Source of the DNA: Roseibacillus sp.
GTDB lineage: Bacteria; Verrucomicrobiota; Verrucomicrobiia; Verrucomicrobiales; Akkermansiaceae
DNA length: 64,000 bases
NCBI GenBank assembly: GCA_965242925.1
Contig: CBDEUM010000012.1
Location: 96,001 to 160,000, forward strand
Direction of reading: 5' to 3'
This document shows, piece by piece, positions 12,401-20,456 of the stretch. Position numbers and translations under genes: made by a program. Under the pieces are notes generated by a model. That model was given only the letters and a program-made list of their open reading frames with translations. It did not search any database and was not told where the DNA came from. Every line of letters begins with the position of its first letter. The first letter of the stretch is position 1.

Positions 12401-13709
12401 CGACGACGCGGCCGCGGTCTACCTCAGCGGAGCCGAGATCATCCGCACGCCCAATCTCTCGGCCAATGCCACCTCCAACCAGTACGCCACCAGCACCACC
12501 AGCAGCGAGGAGTCGTGGTTCGACTACACCATCCCGATCAGTTCGTTCCACCCCGGAACAAACAATATTGCTGTTGAGATCCACCAGGGCAGTGGCACCA
12601 GTTCGGACATGCGCATGGACATGATCCTCCGTGGAGAGACCACCGCTGGAGGAGGAGGCGGAGGAGACAACACCTCCAACCCCATACACTTCAATGACCC
12701 AGCCAAACTGCGGGCCCGGGCCTATAACAACGGCACGGGGGAGTGGAGCGCCCTCAACGAAGCCCTCTTCACCATCGACACGGAACCGGCAGCCCCCGGC
12801 AATCTCGTCATTGCCGAAATGCACTATCATCCCACCAACCCGGGCACCGCCGCCGAGTCTGCAGTGAGCGCGGACCGTGACGACTACGAGTTTCTCGAGT
12901 TCCTGAACATCGGATCAAGAAACATCGACCTCACCGGCGTCCGCTTCAACGAAGGTGTCAACTTCACCTTCCCCGATAATACCGTCCTTGCTCCCGGGGC
13001 CCGCCTTCTTCTCCTCCGCAATCACCTCGCCTACGAGGCGCGCTACGGTTCCCTTCCAGGCATCCAGTGGTTCGAATACACCGGTCGTCTCAGCAACGAC
13101 GGCGAAGCCATCGTCCTCTCGGGCGCCAATCTCGAACCCATCCTCGAATTTTTCTACAACGACCAGCTCCCCTGGTCCACTGCTGCCGACGGGACGGGAC
13201 CCAGCCTGGTTCTGGTCAATCCCTTTAACGATCCGGACCACGGCCAGGCTGCCAGCTGGACCGCCAGCCGGAACCCGGGCGGTTCTCCCGGAACAACGGA
13301 ACCCACCGGAGTGGACTACGCCACCTGGGCCGCCACCAGCAATGTTCAGGGAGGGCCCAGCGCTGACGATGACCACGACACCGTCAGCAACTTCATGGAG
13401 TTTCTCCATGGTTCACGCCCGGATGCAGCCGGCGAGGCCCCCGAACTGCAGATCAGCGTAGAGAGCCTTGAGATCAATGGTCTGGTCGACGACTATCTCA
13501 TCATCACCTACCAGAAGAATCTCAATGCGCTGGGCACTCTTACCATCGAACTCTCCAGCGACCTCGTCACCTGGACCTCCGATCCCAACCAAATCGAACC
13601 TCTCACGCAGGTCGACAATGGAAACGGCACCGCCACCGTAACGGTACGCCCGGAGAACCCGGTGAGCGCTCAGGGCAACATCTTCTTTGCCCGGTTGCGG
13701 GGAGAGTGA
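9420..13709 (+). CDS. Secreted lamin-tail-domain / CotH kinase-family / chitobiase-C (Fn3-like) multidomain protein
   Basis: Signal peptide; LTD 'ITEFMANN...DWIEIFN' and 'IAEMHYHP...EFLEFLN'; Fn3-associated 'IRYTLDGS.P' twice; CotH-like 'FVHVYLNGSYWGQYHLRER', 'ESARWG'; two 'LKYDD' galactose-binding-like domains. Confidence 0.88.
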   Translation: MTLFSRSAPTLCLLAIGLLMASPASARLYITEFMANNRATIEDEDGDATDWIEIFNSGTESVNLEGYFLTDAADTLTMWSFPAVEIAENGFLLVFASEKDRRNPGSELHTNFRLSSDGDYLALVNPDGTSIVAEFGSEENPVPEQFEDSSYGLMQGGGLTPTVFIGPTQQARVIIPADDSLGGDWTVQEFDDSGWPAAQMGIGYDENSTYNQEFGTNGDLDDDFNGVNTSVYIRVPFEVSDPSTVTNLTLKMKYDDGFVAYLNDTLVADANAPGGLTWNSEATGNHSDGEAVTFLDWNITSFVNRLTVGTNVLAIHGLNDGLTSSDMLITAELRGTRITDPSLGGPGYLATPSPRTFNGDTFDGFVGDTAFNIDRGFFEEPFDLEITSSTERAEIRYTLDGSPPSPTSGLVYTGPISITETTVVRAMAHLAGLRPTNVDTQTYLFPEDVVNQPRMRTSVTRSATLGPQMVNSLKAVPTVSIVTDNPGPFQNEGGSNIRSESPTSVEMIFPDGRPGFQENAGLKHFGGYYTNFRKKSFRIGFRSQYGATKVNYPLFDGFEYKHYPPTDRFDIMDLRSGSHDMSSRGAYMSNRFTDDSMLDMGNLAPHGRFVHVYLNGSYWGQYHLRERWNADMASSYFGGPKADYDAVNLNDGFRNDEKVYDGNGVFWNEAKALASGSNPWANNNTNIDVANLIDFMLLWVSGNSESEVRLLGSKAQGQPFRFQMKDADGYLRSTNRSVSSSGPLDLMSRLRNGNTDFAMLVADRIHMHFFNDGALTPSQNIERLQKRVDEARPGFIAESARWGNRFREYQDWLNYQQNLVNNHFRGLTNTMIGRFRSQGMYPDIIAPVFSQHGGSVLPATPVTMSTDADTIYYTLDGSDPRLPGGVPNPTASLASFGGGNPADPPQTFITSGHVWKFLDDGSNQGTAWRQNGFDDSSWSQGPSELGYGDDGEGSGTTLSYGPSNSNKYATTYFRTDVDIPDPSRFLRFTLRLKYDDAAAVYLSGAEIIRTPNLSANATSNQYATSTTSSEESWFDYTIPISSFHPGTNNIAVEIHQGSGTSSDMRMDMILRGETTAGGGGGGDNTSNPIHFNDPAKLRARAYNNGTGEWSALNEALFTIDTEPAAPGNLVIAEMHYHPTNPGTAAESAVSADRDDYEFLEFLNIGSRNIDLTGVRFNEGVNFTFPDNTVLAPGARLLLLRNHLAYEARYGSLPGIQWFEYTGRLSNDGEAIVLSGANLEPILEFFYNDQLPWSTAADGTGPSLVLVNPFNDPDHGQAASWTASRNPGGSPGTTEPTGVDYATWAATSNVQGGPSADDDHDTVSNFMEFLHGSRPDAAGEAPELQISVESLEINGLVDDYLIITYQKNLNALGTLTIELSSDLVTWTSDPNQIEPLTQVDNGNGTATVTVRPENPVSAQGNIFFARLRGE

Positions 13710-13955
13710 TCCTGCAGATTCAAAAAGTCTTCGGGAGAAGGAGCTTGCCATTTTATGAGGCTGCCCTGACCCGGAGGGATCTCCCCCCTCCCGGCAGCCT
13801 GGTCCCGGAACCGGAATGACCTTGAGGAAGGGTTCACGATCCGGCTGGCCATACCGCCGTTATCAGGCAACGTCATGAAACAGGCCTGCGCTTTGCCATG
13901 ACAGGACTGCGTGATTGAAAGAGGCCCGGATTTCTGCGGTAACTTCGCGAAGCAC

Positions 13956-16166
13956 ATGATGATTCACCCTGCCGGCGCTATCCTTGCCCTCCTCATCGGC
14001 ACCCTCGCGATCACCCACGCCGACATCTACAAGATTCGCATGGACCCGCACTGGGCTCCCGATGGCTCCTGGATGTGGTATCGCAACGATCTGGCAAAGG
14101 GCGAACGCGAGTTCATCCTGGTCGACCTGAAAAAAGGGCTGCGCCAGCGAGCCTTCGATCACGACAAGTTGGCCGCCGCCCTCAAGGAAACCGGTGCGGG
14201 TGAACCCGGGGCCACTCAACTGCCACTTGAAGATCTGAGCTTTGATCTGCGGAACGGAACCACCTCATTCCGCATGCAGGGGAAATGGTACCGGTCCGAC
14301 CTCGGGAACTACCGGATTGAATCCATCGAGAAACCACAGGTTCCAGCCCCTGCGCCCAAGGAGGGGGAGAAAGAGGATCCACCTCAAGGCAAACCCTACC
14401 GTGCAAGCCGCGAAGTCTCTCCGGACGGCCGGTGGCGGGCCTACGTCAAGGACCACAACCTCTGGGTCCGCGCCAGGGAGGAGGAATCCGAAGAGATCCA
14501 ACTCTCCACCGACGGAGCAGCCGGGAACAGCTACCAGGCTCCTTTCTGGGCTCCCAACTCAAACAACCTGGCAGCCTTTCGCGTCCAACCGGGTAAAGTG
14601 GGCGAGGTTCACATGGTCGAATCCTCTCCCCGAAAAGGGGGCCGGGCCAACCTGCATACCCGCCGCTACGCTCTGCCCGGCGACAAGTTCCCCATTCACG
14701 AGCTCAACTGGTTTGACCTCGCCGGGCGCGAGCACCGGAAACCGGAAGTGGACCTCATCGACTTCCACGGCCCTCATCTTCGCTGGACCGAAGACGGCCG
14801 GCATTTCCGCTATGAGAAAATCGATCGTGGTCATCAGAGGTTTCGCATTATCGAAGTGGATCTCTTCACAGGCGAACACCGGAACATCATCGACGAGCAG
14901 ACCAAGACTTTCATCTGGACAGAACACGCATTGAGACTGGGAATGCCACGGATCAATTGGCTCCAGCGCACGAAGGAGATACTCTATCTTTCCGAGAAGG
15001 ACGGCCACCGGCACATCTACCTTGTCGACATCGCAACCGGCACGATGAAATCGGTCACCACGGGCGAATTTGTGGTGCGTTACGTGGACAAGGTGGACGA
15101 GGAAAAACGACAGATCTGGTTCCGCGCAAGCGGAAGGCACAAGGATCAGGACCCCTACCTCAAACACTTCTACCGCGTCAATTTCGACGGGACCGGTTTT
15201 ACGGCTCTCACTGAGAGCGATGGTGATCATGAAATCCGTTATTCGCCGGATCGGAAGTTCATCATCGATACCTATTCCCGGATCGATCGTGCTCCCGCCC
15301 ACGAGTTGCGCCGCGTTTCCGACGGCAAGCTCGTCTGCAAACTGGAGGAAACTGATATCAGCGAACTGGTGGCCACTGGATGGGAGCCACCTGAGGTCTT
15401 CTCCGCCAAGGGCCGCGACGGAACAACCGACATCTGGGGAATCGTGTGCAAGCCCGCCGATTTCGACCCCTCCGTGAAATATCCGATCCTTGAGGACATG
15501 TATGCCGGTCCTCACGACTCCTACGTTCCCAAGCGCTGGAACCCGGGTCGGCGCTACTCGGGATGGACCGATATGGGATTCGTCGTTATCAAGGTGGACG
15601 GGATGGGAACTGCCAATCGCTCCAAGGCCTTTCACGACATGTGCTGGAAGAATCTGAAGGATGCCGGATTCCCCGATCGCATTCTCTGGCACAAAGCCTA
15701 CGCAAAGGAGAATCCCTGGTACGATATCACGCGGGTGGGCATCTATGGCGGATCGGCTGGCGGACAGAGTTCCACCGGCGCCCTCCTCTTCCATCCGGAC
15801 TTTTACAAGGTGGCCGTCTCATCCTGTGGCTGTCACGACAACCGCATGGACAAGGCCTCCTGGAATGAGCAGTGGATGGGCTATCCTGTTGGACCTCACT
15901 ACGCGGAATCCTCCAACATCGATAACGCCAACCGCCTGGAAGGGCGACTCCTCCTTATTGTAGGAGAACTCGATCGCAACGTCCCTCCCGAGTCGACCTT
16001 GCGACTGGCCGACGCCCTCATCCGCGCCAACAAGGACTTTGATCTGATTGTCGTCCCCAACGGGGGCCACGGGGGCGGAGGACGTCATGGCGACCGGCGT
16101 CGGAAGGATTTCTTCCGCAAGCACCTCCTTGGAATAGAACCTCCCAATTACAATACCTCGAAGTAA
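13956..16166 (+). CDS. S9 family (DPP IV-like) serine peptidase, secreted
   Basis: Beta-propeller repeats; nucleophile elbow 'GIYGGSAGG', 'GELDRNV', 'PNGGH'. Start chosen at the ATG preceding the hydrophobic signal. Confidence 0.9.
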   Translation: MMIHPAGAILALLIGTLAITHADIYKIRMDPHWAPDGSWMWYRNDLAKGEREFILVDLKKGLRQRAFDHDKLAAALKETGAGEPGATQLPLEDLSFDLRNGTTSFRMQGKWYRSDLGNYRIESIEKPQVPAPAPKEGEKEDPPQGKPYRASREVSPDGRWRAYVKDHNLWVRAREEESEEIQLSTDGAAGNSYQAPFWAPNSNNLAAFRVQPGKVGEVHMVESSPRKGGRANLHTRRYALPGDKFPIHELNWFDLAGREHRKPEVDLIDFHGPHLRWTEDGRHFRYEKIDRGHQRFRIIEVDLFTGEHRNIIDEQTKTFIWTEHALRLGMPRINWLQRTKEILYLSEKDGHRHIYLVDIATGTMKSVTTGEFVVRYVDKVDEEKRQIWFRASGRHKDQDPYLKHFYRVNFDGTGFTALTESDGDHEIRYSPDRKFIIDTYSRIDRAPAHELRRVSDGKLVCKLEETDISELVATGWEPPEVFSAKGRDGTTDIWGIVCKPADFDPSVKYPILEDMYAGPHDSYVPKRWNPGRRYSGWTDMGFVVIKVDGMGTANRSKAFHDMCWKNLKDAGFPDRILWHKAYAKENPWYDITRVGIYGGSAGGQSSTGALLFHPDFYKVAVSSCGCHDNRMDKASWNEQWMGYPVGPHYAESSNIDNANRLEGRLLLIVGELDRNVPPESTLRLADALIRANKDFDLIVVPNGGHGGGGRHGDRRRKDFFRKHLLGIEPPNYNTSK

Positions 16167-16184
16167 GCTCCCCTTCTCCCGATC

Positions 16185-18017
16185 ATGAATGCACGTCCAT
16201 ACCTGCTCCCCTTGACTCTGCCCCTCTTAGGAGCCGCTCTTCTCCAGGCCCAGGTTTCCACCAACGGTCCACGCTACACCCCCCCGGAAGGCCACGAGAT
16301 CGCCACCGCTCACACCAACGATTTCCGCGATCTGCTGGACCGCTACCCCCGGGACCGGGAGACCTTCCAGCGCGAATTCCCATCCCGGTTGGAGGAGAAA
16401 CGAATCGCAGGACTGGAGAAATTCTTTGAGGCCTGGCACCGCGTCCTTCTTGAAATGGACTTCGATAAGATGAATCGATCGGGCCAGGTCGATTACATCC
16501 TCTTTCGCCATCGCCTGGAGCGGGACCAGGAACAGTTTGCCAGGGAGGCAGCTCATTTGCGGACCATTGCCACCCTCCTTCCCTTCGTGGAGGAGATCAC
16601 GGCCCTGGAATACCAAAGGCGATCCCAGGATAAGCACGACCCGCAGAAGCTCGCGCCGGAACTCGAGAAACTGGCAGGGTCCATCGACGAAAAACGTCGG
16701 GAGGTGGAAGAGATTGTGGCCGGGAGCCGCGAGCGACAGCGGGAAGAAGGCCGAGACGAGATGGCCGAGAAAAACTTCAAGACCGCCGAGGAGGCGTCCC
16801 GCGAACTGCAGCGGGTGGTCGAGAACTGGTTCAACTACTACCGTGGCTACGATCCCCTCCTCACCTGGTGGATCACCGCTCCAAGCAAGAAGCTGTCCAC
16901 CTCGCTCGGCGCTTACGCCGATGTCTTCAAGCCCGACCCCAAACACAAACCCAAGCCGATCCAGAAACCGAAGAAGAAAGGATTCAACGGTGAGAATCAT
17001 GCCTCCCCGGTCGGCGAGGAACAGCTTGCCACGTTGCTGCGGCAGGAAATGATCCCCTACCCCGCCGCCGAGTTGATTCGTCTTGGAAAACGGGAACTGG
17101 CCTGGTGCGTCGAGGAACAGAAGAAAGTGGCCGCGGAACTCGGATTCGGAAACGATGTTTCGGCTGCCCTGGAACAGGTGAAGAAAAAGCACGTTCCACC
17201 GGGAGAACAATCAGCCGTCATCCGCCGCCTGGCCCTGGAAGCCATTGCTTACCTCGAGAAACACTCCCTGGTCACCATCCCGCAACTGGCCAAGGACAGC
17301 TGGCGGGTGAACATGATGTCGCCGGGTCGTCAGCGCTTCAACCCCTTCTTCACAGGAGGGTCCACCATCAGCGTCTCCTATCCTCACCAGGACATGGAGC
17401 ATGCCGACAAGCTCATGAGCATGCGGGGAAACAATCCGCACTTCTCGGCAGCGACCGTGCATCACGAACTCATCCCCGGACACCACCTGCAGGACTTCAT
17501 GACCTCGCGCTACAACACTCACCGGAGAATGTACAACACTGTCTTCTGGACCGAGGGCTGGGCTCTCTACTGGGAAATGCTGCTCTGGGATCGCGGCTTC
17601 CCCAGGACTCCCGAGGACAGGATGGGTTTTCTCTTCTGGCGCATGCACCGCTGCGTCCGCATCATCTTCTCCCTCGGTTACCACCTCGGCGAGTTCACTC
17701 CCCAGGAATGCGTGGATCTCCTGGTCGACGTGGTCGGTCATGAACGATCCCATGCAGAGGGGGAGGTGCGCCGCTCTCTGGCCCCGGGCACCCCCGTGCT
17801 TTACCAGTGCGCCTACATGCTGGGAGGGATGCAGTTCCATGTTCTTCACCGGGAACTGGTTGCCTCCGGCAAGATGACTGCACGCGAGTTTCACGACCGC
17901 ATTCTGCGGGGCAATCGCATTCCGGTGGAAATGGTCCGGGCCGAAATTTCCGATGTTCCGCTCACCCGTGACTACACCACCCACTGGCGTTTCGCCGAGC
18001 AGTTCAGGCACAAGTGA
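16185..18017 (+). CDS. DUF885 family putative metallopeptidase
   Basis: 'HHELIPGHHLQ', 'EGWALYWE', 'AYMLG', 'FHDRIL'; signal peptide. Confidence 0.9.
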   Translation: MNARPYLLPLTLPLLGAALLQAQVSTNGPRYTPPEGHEIATAHTNDFRDLLDRYPRDRETFQREFPSRLEEKRIAGLEKFFEAWHRVLLEMDFDKMNRSGQVDYILFRHRLERDQEQFAREAAHLRTIATLLPFVEEITALEYQRRSQDKHDPQKLAPELEKLAGSIDEKRREVEEIVAGSRERQREEGRDEMAEKNFKTAEEASRELQRVVENWFNYYRGYDPLLTWWITAPSKKLSTSLGAYADVFKPDPKHKPKPIQKPKKKGFNGENHASPVGEEQLATLLRQEMIPYPAAELIRLGKRELAWCVEEQKKVAAELGFGNDVSAALEQVKKKHVPPGEQSAVIRRLALEAIAYLEKHSLVTIPQLAKDSWRVNMMSPGRQRFNPFFTGGSTISVSYPHQDMEHADKLMSMRGNNPHFSAATVHHELIPGHHLQDFMTSRYNTHRRMYNTVFWTEGWALYWEMLLWDRGFPRTPEDRMGFLFWRMHRCVRIIFSLGYHLGEFTPQECVDLLVDVVGHERSHAEGEVRRSLAPGTPVLYQCAYMLGGMQFHVLHRELVASGKMTAREFHDRILRGNRIPVEMVRAEISDVPLTRDYTTHWRFAEQFRHK

Positions 18018-18128
18018 TCCTTACCACCGGAACTACAGCGAATTATTCGATCAGGGACTCCAGAACTGTCCCTTGCAGAGCGTCACTCTGCCTGTTCCAG
18101 CTCGCCGGGATCCAGCCCGGAAACCATC

Positions 18129-20180
18129 TCACCTGTCGGGCATGCGCCACCCCGGAATACCAACCCGATCGTAAGTGACCGTGGTGGTCACGTCTTCCAG
18201 CTGGGAGCAGGCCGGCAGGCCGGCGTAGACAACCTCACCCAGGTCGATTTCAACGGACCCGAGGTCTTTCCAGTTGAGTCCATCATGCGACATGTAGCCG
18301 GTGAAGATGTCATGCAGACGAACCAACCTCACCCAGTAGGGAGTGCTGAGCCTGTTCTTCTTGATGACGTGAGCCTCGCCAAGCGGGTGCGGTTTACCGA
18401 TGGAGGTATCGCCCCCCTTTTGGCTCCGCGAAACCAGGACTCCGCTCCAATGCGGCTGCAGTAAGACCGAGACGTGCGGGGAATCCGCATCGAGGGATTT
18501 CCGCATCATCACGCCGGGCTTTGTCCACTGGGAGCTCATCGGACGCCTGATGCGCGCCGTGATGGTGCCGTCACCGGAAATACGGACATGGAGATAGTGC
18601 AACTCGTCGGTCCTGCCGCCGATGTCGTGTCCCTCTCCCTCCAGAGTGAACACCTTGCCATCGTACCCGGCATGACCGGAAATGGAAATCCTGCCGATAT
18701 CCACAGTCCGCCAGGGACCCGGCAACCCCGCATTGGCGGCGATCTCGGCGGACGGTGCGCTCGAGCCGACTGTATTCCCGGCCGTGACGATGTAATAATA
18801 GAGCTCTCCCGTTTTCGCAGTCGTATCAAGGAAGTCGGAGGTCTCGAGATCGGCGGCAACCTTTTCGTACGGCCCCCCGGACTTGATCGCCCGAAACACC
18901 TCATAACTGGTCGCATCACTGCAACCGATCGGATCAACGGAACCCGCCCAGGAAAGCCGGGTCCCTCCCTTCTGACTTCTGGCAACGAAACCGGACGGCA
19001 CACCCGGGGGACCAGCCGCCACCGGTCTGCCGACCACTTCACGCCGGTGGGTAAGGGTTCCAAGCCCGATATGGTCATTATTGAAGCCCTCGGGTTCCTT
19101 CATGGCCACCACCCGGGCCGAATACGGCGCGGGGACCCCACGGCGGTTGGAGTAATGATTGAGAGCTCGCTCGAAAATCGGTCCGAAGCTGCCGCGGCTG
19201 ATGGGGGAGATCCCGGTATAGTCATGGTGTCTCCCACCTCGACCATACTTGCCGGTTCGATCGAGGTAGTGTCGGAAAGGAACCTCCTCGCCCAGTCCAT
19301 ACTTTGCGGTGTACTCGTAGCCCCTCAGGATTCGGTTGTCTCCCCAGCCGTAAAGGTCGACACCCTGGTTCCAGGCAACCTCCGCGGCACAACCCAGCAG
19401 GCCAAGCCCCAGCTGCACGTAGTGCTGGGCCCTGGTCGTCTCCTGGCACTGGCCACTCGGGTAGACAATCATATGCGGAATACTACCGTTTCCGGCCCCG
19501 GCAACCGCATACCGGATCGTCTCCTCGAACATCTGCCTCTCATTACAGTAAACCGCGATAGCCATGCGGGTCTGCAGAGCAGCAGTTTCCCAGTTTCCAT
19601 TAGCGAAGTATGCATAGTGCTCAATGGTCGGATCCCATACATCGAGAAACCACTGACCACAGCGTTTCGCCTCCGTCTCGGACCAACCCGAGTCGGTATG
19701 GCGCAGGAGTTCGGCCGCGTTGACAAACATGAACCCCTGCAGACCGGAAGCCAGCACTCCATCAATCCCGGAGACCTTCTTGAGTGAGCCTGTCCACGAG
19801 TTCAGGATGTGGATCGCCCTCTCCGCATGGGCCTTCTTCCCGGTAATGGCCCACATCAGTGCGTTTTGATAAACGGCGAGAGCATCGCTTTCCGTTTCAC
19901 CCTTGCGAATGTTGGGAGCCCGTCCCCACTCGGCAAAGGGACCCCGCATCCTGTAATCCGCCCTGGCGTACGGGCTGTCCTCCAGAATCTTGAAACCCTC
20001 ATATATGGGCCCCTTCTTCGCCGCTACCCCCGTTCGAATGCGTTCAAGGTCCGATCTGCTGTGAAGCAGGCCGGGATGGATGAACCGACCCTGAGCCAGA
20101 CTGCCCAGCACAGCGAATCCAAGGAATACCCCTGATGAAACGTGAAATTTTATCCACCTCGAAAGGGTAGCTCGTGACAT
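18129..20180 (-). CDS. Alginate lyase family (PF05426-like) protein with Fn3 and a C-terminal beta-sandwich
   Basis: 'FIHPGLLHS', 'YQNALMWAITG', 'NGNWE', 'GQCQE..R.Q', 'EVAWNQGVDLY', 'EYTAKY'; Fn3 'YEVFRA...YYYIVTA.N..G.S..S'; 'SQWTKPGVMMR' domain. Confidence 0.8.
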   Translation of the reverse strand: MSRATLSRWIKFHVSSGVFLGFAVLGSLAQGRFIHPGLLHSRSDLERIRTGVAAKKGPIYEGFKILEDSPYARADYRMRGPFAEWGRAPNIRKGETESDALAVYQNALMWAITGKKAHAERAIHILNSWTGSLKKVSGIDGVLASGLQGFMFVNAAELLRHTDSGWSETEAKRCGQWFLDVWDPTIEHYAYFANGNWETAALQTRMAIAVYCNERQMFEETIRYAVAGAGNGSIPHMIVYPSGQCQETTRAQHYVQLGLGLLGCAAEVAWNQGVDLYGWGDNRILRGYEYTAKYGLGEEVPFRHYLDRTGKYGRGGRHHDYTGISPISRGSFGPIFERALNHYSNRRGVPAPYSARVVAMKEPEGFNNDHIGLGTLTHRREVVGRPVAAGPPGVPSGFVARSQKGGTRLSWAGSVDPIGCSDATSYEVFRAIKSGGPYEKVAADLETSDFLDTTAKTGELYYYIVTAGNTVGSSAPSAEIAANAGLPGPWRTVDIGRISISGHAGYDGKVFTLEGEGHDIGGRTDELHYLHVRISGDGTITARIRRPMSSQWTKPGVMMRKSLDADSPHVSVLLQPHWSGVLVSRSQKGGDTSIGKPHPLGEAHVIKKNRLSTPYWVRLVRLHDIFTGYMSHDGLNWKDLGSVEIDLGEVVYAGLPACSQLEDVTTTVTYDRVGIPGWRMPDR

Positions 20181-20456
20181 TTGAATCTCTGCTTTTATTG
20201 TTGGTGGGAACTATATGCTCCCACCCTGACTCAGGAAAGTTCAGAGAAAGAATCGCGCTCCCATGACGACGCCACTGAAATGGAGCCCATTATCCATGGG
20301 ATCATCTGGGCTCAAGCCTCTCCTGAAAAGGCCATGAAGAAAACTGTTCATCCAGAGCAACCACCGGCAAAGGACATCCCAAGATCTCGTTCCCGTGAAA
20401 TCTCCGCCCCGTTCCGACAGAAGCACGCCCGACTCTCCCCCCTGCTCCCATTCACC

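Noticed and set aside
20181..20456. N-terminal extensions given by the ORF track (also 32125, 35029, 37899, 58633)
   Set aside because: Downstream starts give proper signal peptides or family N-termini; the extensions cover intergenic DNA or neighbouring genes.
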